The notes beneath the pieces were generated by a model that was given only the letters and a program-made list of their open reading frames with translations, made no database searches and was not told the DNA's origin. A stretch of DNA of 64,000 bases. Origin: Klebsormidium nitens. Taxonomy: Eukaryota; Plantae; Klebsormidiophyceae. Shown here piece by piece: positions 51,584-62,877 of the stretch. The position numbers and the translations under genes were made by a program. Where the stretch lies: positions 186,101 to 250,100 of the forward strand of contig DF236951.1 of the NCBI GenBank assembly GCA_000708835.1, given 5' to 3'. Numbering within the stretch: position 1 is the stretch's first letter; each line of letters begins with the position of its first letter.

Positions 51584-54500
51584 TCAGAGTCCGCTTTCGT
51601 GCAACTTCTTCATGGCTTCAGCGAACAAAGCCCCCAGAGTTGCCCCGATGACAGGCCCGATGACGGGTACCCAGGCGTAGTGCCACTCGGAGGACCCCTT
51701 CCCAGGGATCGGCAAGAGAAAGTGGGCAATTCGGGGCGACAGGTCGCGCGCCGGATTCAAAGCGGGGCCCGTCACACCACCTCCGGCCAGGATGACTCTG
51801 CATTATCGGACTAGGAACGTCAGTACTTTCAGGAGATCATCACGAGAGCACATACGTGGTCTTGCTGATCCGTCTCGAGACTGTAGGCCTGCTTCTACGG
51901 TTGAGTGGACGAACTTCCCGTTTGGCATATAAGTTCCGACAAACAGCCGGAGGTAGCGACAGGAGGCTGATCAACTGTCGGCAGGATGCGGCTTGATATC
52001 AGCAAGCTCTCGCAAAAGACGAACGCTCAAGATCGAAAGGTCCTTTTACAAAGCGGTGCCCTTCTCTTCTTAGTGACGATGTTTGTTTCCGGGATTCACT
52101 TTAGTGCAAACCAACGTTCTTTTAGCGGCGGCACCGGTAGTACTCGGCACAGGCTAGGCAGAAGGCCGAGCACCTCGAATCTACAATACAGGAAAGCTTC
52201 GGCACTAATGAATCGCAATAGATAAATCTAGAACGGGAATGGTCTCGCATCTTATGAGATCCCCTCGATCATTTTACGATCTGGCTTGCAAGCCCCTCCA
52301 TCTCCTTCACATATACCCATCGCGGAGCTTGTCACGCCCTATCACGTGAGGCAACGGTCCCAACAAAATAGGCAAAACTCAATTACCAAGTCCTAACGTT
52401 GAGAAATGGAAGCCGAGCTGCTTGAGTAAACGGCTACTCACGCCCACACCAGGACCCCTATCAGGTACGGCACCTGCGCCTTGTACGCCGTCTTCGCAAC
52501 CTCGTTTGCGCCAAACACGACCTCCCGGTCGATGATGGCCAGGGCCCCGTACGTCAGCACGAACGTCATCACCGCCTCTGCGAGCAGGGCCGTCCAGTGA
52601 AAAGGCTCCAGCGTAGAGGGCCTCGTTGCGAAGACCACCAGCTTTACCTCTTGGTCCTCGCGGATGCGCTCGTCCAGCTTGATGCGCTGCTTGCGTGCCA
52701 CCTGGCAAAATCAACGGTCGAAACATGGCCGTTAGGATGGGAGTAAAGCCAGTCCTTCTGACGCGCTGCTTGTGCGTTGCCTGACTTAGTCAGTGCGTGG
52801 CGGCACTGCTTCTCTTAGGGCCACAACTTCCTTACGTTAACAAAACGCGGAGTTTCCGAGTCGGACAGGCACAAGGGTCAAAACAGAAAGACTGCCTGGC
52901 GGAGCATGAACCTCTTACTGGCTGTAAAAGCTTAACCTCAGTCTCTGCCCACGACCAGCGTACAACTCCACTGAATGAGCCAAAAACATATTCAAAAGCA
53001 GCGCTCATGCCTCACCGTCGCATCTAAGTCGAGCTTTGGGGCTGGCAGCCCCGGCTTGCTGGTCATTTCCAAGTCCTCGATCGCGCCGCTCTTTTCGGGC
53101 CGTGCTTTTATGCAATTGTTAAGGGACTGGAACACGTGCCACGTGTGCTTTCCTGAGTGGATGTGGACTCCTCTGCAAAAACGCGCGGAGATTTCTTGCA
53201 ACTGATTCCAGAACTCTCGCGCCAACTTTTGAGACACATAAGAGTAGCATCGAGGGCCTTGCGTGAGGAGTCAATGGAATTAGTTTTTGCGGTGCGCATA
53301 TCGCTAAGTAACAAAGAAGACGGACAGGCTGCCTTCAACTTGATTGACATAGTGACAGGAGAATGGGTCGTCACATAGTTCAGCAGACGGACAGGGTGAA
53401 AGAGCTTCACTTCAAAACGTCCCCCATCTGGCAATGGACAGGGCAAACAGGAGGGACGTCAGAGCTTACTTCAAAACGTCTCCCTCGGAATCGTGTCGAA
53501 GCACGTCACGTGTAGAGGGCGCCCGCCCTGAGGAAGCGTATCTGCGTGCTTTTGAGGTCATCTCTTGAAACACGTGTACCTGTCAGAAGGAGAAACGAAG
53601 ACGACCTTGATCTATGCTGAGAATTGCCAATCAGGGGCTGTGGGGCCATGTAAAAATGGTGGGTCGATCATCAGCTTAAATGCTTGCATCTTGACTGGAG
53701 GAGGGTACAGGTCAATAACAATAGGAACTTCTCGGGCATCTAGGAGAGTTCCAGCCTGTGAAGGAGATGAAAATCTCAGTGGTGAGGCAATCTGAGCCAA
53801 CATGGCCCCTCGAACAATTCTTTGGTACAACTATTTTAAACGACACGTGTTGCTGCACACCGCTTTGACGAATGTTTGAACATCCGCGGGGGCACCAGAT
53901 GATTCAGGGGCTTTCCAGGTGCGAGGAACTCTCCCCGTGATGGCACCAGCCAGATTACTCCATAAAAAATTCCGTAGTCTGTGGAGGCCTTTCCAAAGAA
54001 CCAGAGAAGCAACTTCTGTTATCCCTTCACGGCTCAATGAGCACAGCATGACAATTCTGATCAGCTCAGCTAGCGTCCACTTGAAGATAGTGGCGGCACT
54101 CCTCGATTAATGGAACTGAAAGCTGCTACTCAACTCCAAGCACCTGAGATCTGAAGCTTGTTTCCATTATCCACTACCTCCAAAATCACAGCCAGGCTTC
54201 TCTGCTGCCAGACGACAAAGCTCACCTTCTTCTGTCGCGGCGTCTCGGGATGCTCTCGCGCAAGCATCTCGTCCGAGATGGACTCCTGAATGCAGCCTGT
54301 AAGGGGCTGGAAGTGAGGCAGGTACACCACCCATGTGATCAGCGCCGCCAGGAACGCCCCAATGAATTGAGCACAGATGGCGATACCGGCTCGTTTCCAT
54401 GTCATGCGGCCTGCGACGGCGACACCAAAAGTGATGGCGGGGTTGAGAAGGCCTGCAAAGCAGAGGCATGGAAAAGAATGTTGAGCCTCACGAGGTTGGT

Positions 54501-55046
54501 GACTTGACTCTACAAGCTGCAAACCAGAGCGCAGGAGCTTACTGGAACAGGGGCAGTTTCTAGATTTCAGCAGGGCATCATAGAACATAGTCTTGCTTCT
54601 GTTGAAGAAGATGTAACTTCTGTAAATACTAGTGCGGCTGACCTTTTTCAGCTTTCTGGTGATAGAAGGAGGCTGTCAATGCTCCCAGCTTGCGGCATGT
54701 GCAACGATTGCAAGCCGGTTCTTGCCAGCTATACTAAAGTTTCAGAATTTTCACAACTATGAAATGAAAAGACATGAGATCACTGTAAGAAACAGGGCGG
54801 GGCAACACTGCAAACGCTAAGCACACCACCTTCACATCAATTGCACCACTCACCAGACACGTGTCCCACCGCCTGAACCGCCACAAATACTCCAAACCCG
54901 AAGCATAATGCAATGCCCATGACTCCAAACCCGTGGCCTTTTGTACCAGGCAGAAGAGCGTTTGCAACGGCCCCCAGCCCGAACAAAACAGAAAGGGCAG
55001 TGCCCACTAGCTCCACAACAAAGAGCTGCACTTCGTTGTAGGCCAT
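51584..55046 (-). CDS. GIP: GlpF-like intrinsic protein (GIP), aquaglyceroporin/MIP family, 4 exons, about 297 aa
   Basis: Exons 55046-54854, 54452-54226, 52701-52442 and 51797-51584 are phase-consistent. Motifs [19 protein letters not shown], two NPA boxes (LLNPAIT; [14 protein letters not shown]) and [26 protein letters not shown], the last typical of Gram-positive GlpF. Confidence 0.93.
53157..54110 (+). pseudogene. Possible decayed F-box/LRR-like ORF, antisense within GIP intron 2
   Basis: Three ORFs (53157, 53565, 53919) share one frame and are separated by stops. The first reads [22 protein letters not shown], resembling the 24951 F-box-like start. Later LxxVxL-like units LQNVSL and LKHVYL occur. 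Confidence 0.3.
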
Positions 55047-56235
55047 TGTGAGCGCCAAAGCAGCTAGCAAGCTCAATGCGCTCTATTCAACTGCAAGTGA
55101 TCAGGTAAGTGAAGCACTGCAGAGCTTTCTTGGCCGTCTGGAGAGGGACGTCCCCAACAAGATACCTCGGATGGCCATGTGGGAGAGCAGGCTGCAGGGG
55201 AAGTGGCTCAGGCAGAGAAGCGTGTCATGTGAAGCATGCAATCAATTTGCGCACAAACCAGAAAGAATGCTGCCGCGGCCAATCATGCAGCTTCGTGACA
55301 TGCGCAGGGCGCTTAAAGTGGGCGTCTGCACTCGCGAGTGCACTTGCAATCGGACGGCAAGGAAGCACGAGTTGAATCTATCGGACGATGCTCACTATGC
55401 TAACCTGTGCCGTCGTCACGCTTCGGCGATGCCGACGGCGTGACGCCTACGCCCACTTTAAAGTTCCTGTACATGTCAGATCTAGGTACTTCACAGTGCA
55501 CAGTGCATACTCCATACTGAAGTCTGAGATATCTTCCGCAACACCCGCGGTCAATGTCAGGCTTTTCTGACAGGAGGGTCCATAGCAGTAGTTGGCAGGG
55601 CGACACCTGGCCTCTACTTTTGCTCTTTAAGAGACATCGCAACCGTCCAGGCTCTAAGTCAGTTGGATCGGAGGGTGTTGAATGTCTGTGGGGACTTCAG
55701 ATCCAATCGATGGACAAGCCTGACGGTTGGAAAATGGATTCCAAACTCAAAGTTGTTAGCACCTTAGGCTTAGGCTTTGACGTACGTTGGAACTTCAACT
55801 TGGTCTTCTTGTCTCAGAAGTTTCTTGCCAGTTCTCCTTGGAGGGACTAGGAACGACCGCTGGCGCCACTGAATAGCTTTGCCTGCCCGTTCTGAGGAAA
55901 TTTGACAGACTCGTCCTTACAGTGACACCAGCTTAAATAGGGCTGAGTGGTCAGAGATGATCGCGGCTTCTTTTTCTCATCAGCTTGAAACGTCGCTGAC
56001 AAAAGTGGAAGTCCATTCGCAGCAGGTTGATTGGAATCGTGACGCAACCAGTGTCATTTTAGTGCAGGCTGAGGACCTGCTGCCCGAATTACACGCATAG
56101 CTTGCATAGTGTCGTGACTGAGCTGCGGAAAAGCTCTTAGCTTCCTATAGGCCGGGTGGGACGGGGCTTCTGAATCCACGCCAGTCTTTGCAAAGGTCCA
56201 GCTCAGGTGCTACCAGGCAGGCAAACATCATGCCC

Positions 56236-56318
56236 AACCACTCTGACTGCTTACAGATTTCTATCACGCTGACAGCTTACAGAGTCAGCGTGATAGAAAT
56301 CTTTCAAGGAGAGTAGTT
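56236..56318. other. Long hairpin: perfect 19-bp inverted repeat, 10-nt loop, imperfect basal extension
   Basis: AGATTTCTATCACGCTGAC (56255-56273) pairs with GTCAGCGTGATAGAAATCT (56284-56302). The basal AACCACTCT/AGAGTAGTT segments also pair with one mismatch. Confidence 0.85.
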
Positions 56319-56382
56319 ACTTAATGCAATGTGCACTCCGCAGATACTTCAACCTAGAATGTAAATCAGACCTCCAGTGACC

Positions 56383-59300
56383 ATGTCAACGTCACAGGAG
56401 CTGGAGACGGGCAGCTCGATACCTCATACAACAAGCGATGAAGGTGAGCCGAGACGTCAAGGTGCCGCAGTTTTAATCCTCCCAAAGGACAATCGGTTTT
56501 GTAAGTGGTGCCATTAAGTACTTTCTCTCATGACGTGGAACGCCCCTGAAAAATTCTCCATGTGTGAATGTGCTTGTGCTACTACTGAGTAATCACAGAA
56601 TCTGGAACACTGAATGCAGACCCACACTAACAGAGATTCAGAGACATTCAAGCATGAGACAGAAGTGCTATCTGATACAGAGGGGGCATCTGTGTGGTGG
56701 TATGCCTACTTCTCAATGTCGAAAATTCACCAATATCTGAAAGCGGTGGATGAGAGCAACTAGCCTTTCTTTGTTCCCTCGCAGAGTCTGTGGACAGCAG
56801 GCTCCTTCCGGGGCCAGGTTTGGCAATGGACGCAACACACATGTCCCATGTTCAAATGCTGGAACAGCAGCTGGCGCGCATCATGGAGGAACGAGATGCG
56901 GCTGAAATAGCTCATGCTCATGAGCGCAACAGGTCTGTAGAACCAACATAACACCTGTGCATGAATATTCCCGCTCTATTCAGGCAGACATTGAATCAGG
57001 CTTAGCAAGTCTAATCGAAATGCTCATGCCTAATAGTCTGCTGTTATGTCAGTCAGATGCAACCGTAAACCTTGGCTCAAATAGGCACCTTCGTGTCAAT
57101 GCAGAATGCAGACACAGCTGGCTAGCTTCCGGAAGCAGGCAGAGAAAGACCTTGAGGAGCTCAAGACGAGGCAGGAAGAGGTAAGGCTCGATCTCGGGAG
57201 AAGGGGTGGCCTCAATACATGTCCGCTCAGATTGTGAATGACATCAAGGCATTCTTCCATCGACAAGCTCCAAGAACATTAGAGTTAGACCGACGGGAGC
57301 TTCACTGAAAAGACTTTTTTCTAGACGAGGACAGCTCCCAGATCACAATACAGTTCGAGACTGCAAGGCTCATTGCCAATGTTTGGCAAACTGCGCTGAC
57401 AGAGGCATCTCTTCTGGAAGTTTACGGCTTGCTCTGTCGGTTGTACTTTGAGCTGTCCAATAACGTTCCATTGCAACCCTGGGGCAAGATGGCAATCCAG
57501 ATGTGATTGACTGGTAAAGTGATTAGACAACCATTATTCGGGCACCCAAAAATCAGGGCGGAAAACCACAGCTTATCCACGAAAATTTTCACCCCTTCAG
57601 ATAGAGGCCGGCGCCCCCTCGCTGGACGAGCAGGTGAGTCAGGCCAAGGAGCAGCTGCATGATCTGCCATTCTCGGACGCTGCATACGTGGCGGCGAAGC
57701 AGCGGCCGGTCGAGCGGCGGAGCCTGCGGGAGGAGCTGACGATTGTTCTGCACGAGCGGCTTCAGAAGCACGTAGAGGAGGCGGAGCGGCTGAAACGGGA
57801 GCGGGACACGGCGAGGTTGGCACTACTATTTCGCGCGGGTCTGTATTTTGGAATTTTACCGTAGAGTTTTGATTCGAGCCACACATATGCGTCGCGAAGC
57901 ATCGAGAGGAGTGCGAGCAGCTGAACAGGGAGCAAGACACGGCAAGGTGGGACGAAGAATCTAGTCACGAGAAGCGGCTTTTTCAAAAATAGTAGAGCTT
58001 AAAATCTCTGAGCACATCGAGTACAAGCGGGCGTGCGTTGCCGAATCGTTGAGAGGAGGCGAGCGGCTGAAAAGGAAGCAGGACGTAGTGAGGGGGTGAC
58101 CACGGGTCTCTCCGGGGAGCCTGTACGTTTCTTCTGCTCGTGATTGATTGAGTCGTATTGAGCCAACCGGGTACAACGAGTGCCTTGCAGAGGCCTACGG
58201 AGAACAGCGAGCGACAGAACAAGAGACAAGATCATTGCGATAAGAAAAGCGGCGTGTGGAGCTCGCAACAATCCTAAATTACCTGTTTTGACATCAGAAA
58301 GAAACGGGCTTCCGACAAACGGCGATAGATTTGGTGGCGGTCGGCCTGGTGAAGGCTGAAGAAGGTGGCGAAATCCCAAAGCAAGAACCGCTCCTCTTAC
58401 CTCAGAACAAAGGCTCCCATTCCAGCAAGGGCCGGTACAGAACAGCTGGCATGCTGCCAACTTCTCGACCTGTACATTCGTCTACGTTTGCCTCGTCAGC
58501 ACAATTATTCTGACTGTTCCGTTGCCCGGCAGGGAAGCGTTGACCCGGGCGACCGACGAGCTGCAACTAGTGGAGCGGGAGGCGCAGCGCGCGGCCTCGA
58601 ACCACGCCGTGGAGATGCGCGCGGTGGAGCAGGAAGCCGCGGCGGTGGCGGCGCGCAACGAGCGGCTCGAGGCGGAGCTCGCGGACGCGCTGCTGCAGAA
58701 GGAGCTGCTGCAGGCCAAGGGGGCCATGTACGACGAGGTGAGCACAGCTGGGTTTTGGTTGTGCTCCGTTGGCACCAGAATAAGCTACCCGCCTTTCGGA
58801 AGTGTCGTTGTCAGGTTCGTCGCTCTCAATGAGTGTAACTGCGTCGATCTTTCGGCAGGTGGCCAACTTAACTCAGTTGTACAGTTTCATGCCCAGCAAT
58901 TGCTGGAGACGAAGCTGGTGACTGCGAGATGCGAACGGAAGCCAGCACCTTGTCCTGTTTCAGAGTTTACCTTACCGTGTTATCCACTGCTCCTATAAAA
59001 TGCTTAAGGCATCAATCTTGAGCACGCGTCCGCATCCACTTGTCTAAATTCATCCTACGAGTCCGCTTGACTTCACCTCTCGCATACGCCCGCAGGTGAA
59101 AGCCACTGCGGACAGGCTCCAAACGGCGGCCGATGCGGACGCGCGCGAGCGGACGCTCGCGGACACCCGAACGACGGTCCTGTCCGAAGAGCGCGAGCGG
59201 CTGGCGGGGGCGCTGCGAGAGAAGGAACACACGGTGGAGCTGCTGACGATGGACAAAGCATACCTGGGGAATCAAGCAAAGCTGCTCGGAGAACAGGTGG

Positions 59301-62300
59301 GTGGCCATACTCAGAATGTTTCCGTTGCTTAAAATGCGGATGTGATCTAGTCAACAGTGGAGATCCAAGTTACGCGGCTCGAGGAACAGATGGGGAGGCA
59401 GATTTTCACGAAGAAGTGGTCGTATGAAACGGCGGATGCTTTTCAGATCGAGGAAGTTCTAGCGGGAACAGGGAAGCTGTAAGGTGCGTCGAGGCGTTTG
59501 CATCTTCGTGGTATCTCTTTGACGGGTCACCAATTAAGACTCGTCGACAGCCCACACATTGGTTGTAAAAAGCATAGAAGTGCATGAAAGGAGAGCCGTT
59601 TCGCTTGTAAAGCGCGCCAAGCTGCCTGCCACCCTTGAAATTGGCTCCATTTTGGCGCAACCAGGTAGTCAACCTGTTTCTCCTCTCGTCCGTTTTCCAG
59701 GTAGCTAAGCTGGAGGTTATGTGCGACCAGCGGCAAGAAAAGGTGCGCGAGCTCAAGCGCGCGCGGCAGGAGCTGTACGACAAGCTGCTGGCGACGCGCG
59801 AGGACACCGCGGCCGCGCATGAGCAGCGCCTCCAGGCGGAGATCGCGCGCATCGAGGCGCGCGCGCGCGGCGACCTGGAGCAGATCCGGAGGGAGGCGGA
59901 GGAGGTGCGCGAGCGGGAGATGCGCGCGCTGCGCGACATGCGCGACGCGGCCGCGCTGGAGGCGGAGAGGGCGCAGGCGAAAGTGCGCGAGGGGACGGCA
60001 GTCTATGACGAGCTGCTGCTCAGGTGGGGACCAAGGGAAGCGGGATGAGAGTATGTAGAGGCGGATCGGTGGATCTGTAAGGGGACGTTACATGTGGAAG
60101 TGCGAGGGGAAGGGGTGATGTTTGTGGCGCTGAACAGCGGCTCCCGATCGCCAGACAGGAATCTCAGCCAGGTGTAAAGATTTCGCCGCTGAGTTACCCT
60201 GTGCTCCATGCTTAGTACGCTTCTATTCGTTAAGCGAGCATGGTTTAAAAAGCTACACGCACCAGCGCGGAGATTGCACTAGAGTATAGGTCCGGTTACT
60301 CGTCCCTTTATTTACGATTCAAGCCGAAGTCTTCAAAAGCAGGTTCTAGGAGCGTTTGACATGAAGTCAGTGGATGGGTTTCCGCAGGTACCGGGAGCTC
60401 CAGAAGACGGCGGACGCAGCTCAGGCGGACTTGCGTGCGGAGGTCAAGGTGAAGGCGTTTGAGGTGGACCGGGCACAGCTGCTCAAGGAGGAGACGACGA
60501 GCCAGATGAAGCAGCTCAAGCTGCAGAACGAGATGTTACAGGCCAAGGTCAAGGTGGGTCCTTGACCCGAGAGCTGTAGCGACTTGACTTGTGTGCCGAC
60601 CCTTCGTAAACGGAGAGCCAGACAGTCCTTGATTCTTCGAGATGGCAAAAGTTTGGTCCGGGCTGCTGAATGAGTCCAGGGCTTGCGTTAGGTCTTCTCA
60701 ATGTTGGAAAGCAGAGACAGATGAGAATGAGGAAACAATTCTTGCCGCAATTGTCGCCGATGTACGTGTATGCGGGAAGCCATTTGTCGTCCTGCGTATC
60801 CTCTTTCTTGATAGAGCAGAAGCAATCGTAGATCAACAAATAACTATGAGGTATTCAAGAAGCTAACTCACTCACATGCAGGTATTGACGGAGAACTACC
60901 GGGCGCTGGACACGGAATTAAACAAGCAGCTTGGAGAGGCGCGGAACGAGCTGGCGCTTGTGCGCGAGCGGCTCGCCCACTACGAGCTGCTGGAGAAGGA
61001 ACTAGATGAGGCCGTTGTGAGCGCCGCGGAAGGTGAGGTCGACAACTCACATCCCAGTTGCTGTCGCTTCTTGCATCGGTTCACATTCCGTATGGAACTA
61101 CGCAAGTTAATCGATTCAATGATGGGAAAAGGTTTGAGTGCGCACGGCGGAATCAGCTTTACTCATTCCGTGCTTCTCGGCTAAACAGGCAACGGAAAGC
61201 ATGAACAAAGGGAAGGTAGAGGAGTTGACGGGGAATGTCGAATCAGCTGCGGTTAGATAATGATCGAGATCCACCACGTTCTTCTCCCCTCCTTCCGTTT
61301 CCTAGACGGCGAGAAGCCTAGGCAGACCGCGCAACCGGCAATTCCCAAAAGCCCCCGATTTTCGTGTTCTTAACCTGCACATAACCAGCCAGTAACCGGC
61401 CGTTAACCCTGCAGGTTATAAGGACGAGCCGTCCGTCCGGTGGCTGGAGCAACTGGGCACGTCCGTACCGATCGCTGTCCGGCGGCGAATTCAGCAGAGC
61501 CTACACTTAGCCAAGCGATGCGCGGCGTTGGAGAAAGAAGTAGACCGGCTCAAGGCGCTCGGGGGAACGCAGGAGCGCGAGATCCAGAGTCTGGGGGAAC
61601 AGGTGAGGCCTTTCACAAGAAGGCGTCCGCAAAACGAACCGCGGGCGTCTGCAAAGCAGAGGCACTGTAAGTTGAGACACCGACAAATTTGACCAACAAC
61701 AATGAAGCTGCTATCAGGTTGCCACTGAAGGACCGGCCCTTCGCCGCCCTCTTTGATATCTGGCGAGCTTCTACGTCAGCAACCCGTCCGAAGGGAAGCG
61801 TTTAGTATGCTTTGAAAGAGATGTCGAATCCGAGGAGCGAGTCGCGATGTCTATTGGAGGCTTGAGGTGTAAAACTCAGCCGTTTCGCTCATCTGAATGC
61901 CTTTTGTCCTAATTCTGCCCACATACGCGGCTCGCACGCTTTAGTATAGGACTTGATCCCCCTGTCTTTTTGAGCGCTTATCACTTTCTTTCTGCAGCCA
62001 AATGTCGTGCGTTGTCGAACACCACTTGATGGGTCCGGTGCCACATTGTTTGAGCTTATCTGGAGGTTCTGCGATTGGAACCCCAGACAAGACAGAAAGT
62101 TGTTGAAAAGATTGTTGTCAGTCAATCTTCTTCGTTTTATAAAAACAAGTAATTTCTCCGTCCCGCAGGTGGAGGACTACAGGGCTCGGTTACAGCACAC
62201 CGAGCAGCCCCGGGACTTCTTGGTAGAAGCGCTCCACAAGTGCGAAAAAGACCTCCGGGCGGCCAACCGGGAGAAGGACTGCCGACAGGTGGATCTCGAG

Positions 62301-62877
62301 TGAGTGCCATCGTCCCCCCCCATTAGCGGGTCGCTTTCCCTTTATGAATTTAAGGTTCACCGATCCGTGAAGCGTGTCTTCTGCACACTAGGCAATGCAC
62401 CGTAGAGCGACCGCAATCTGGGTCGAAGCTGAATCAAAAGGACCGACGCACGAGCCTTCGACGCACAGAAGCAGGCACTGAAAAAGTGAGCCGACACGTT
62501 TTCTCCTCTTTCCGGTTTCGTCAGTCCAATCCGCAAATCCGCAAATTAAGAGGATACTGCAACGCCCATCGAACTCAACTAGCGGTTCCGTTCGATTCCG
62601 CAGGCGAGCGCGGGCGGAATCCGCCGACCTCCGCGCCAAGCTGGGCGCGCTCCAGGCGGACCTCCGCAGGATCCTGGAGGAGCGGAACGCGCTCGAGGGG
62701 TTTAAGCACCTTCTGCGCGAGCAACAGGGCACGGCGCAGCTTAGGGAGAGGCTCATTGCTGACCTCAGCAGGGCAAACTGGGGGAAAGGAAGGAAGGACG
62801 ACGGAGCGGGGCGGACTGCAAACAGCACCAAACAGCTGGTGTACGAAGGGGAAGGGAAGGTGGGAACACAGGGTTGA
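56383..62877 (+). CDS. PIBF1: PIBF1/CEP90 homolog (centriolar/distal-appendage coiled-coil protein), multi-exon
   Basis: Exon translations are collinear with recalled PIBF1: QLHDLPFSDAAYVAAKQRP, TVELLTMDKAYL, ARQELYDKLLATRE..REREMRALRDMRDAA, RYRELQ..KVKAFEVDRAQLLKEET, RLAHYELLEKELDEAVVSAAE, GTSVPIAVRRRIQQSLHLAKR and EQPRDFLVEAL. The start (MSTSQELE, 56383) and the stop (62877) are less certain than the core. Confidence 0.9.

Noticed and set aside
53402-53484. Two ~24-bp direct repeats (AGAGCTT(C)ACTTCAAAACGTC) separated by ~35 nt, superficially CRISPR-like
   Set aside because: Only two copies, flanking GGACAGGG is also duplicated, the context is a eukaryotic intron and there are no cas genes. 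It is a degenerate tandem duplication.
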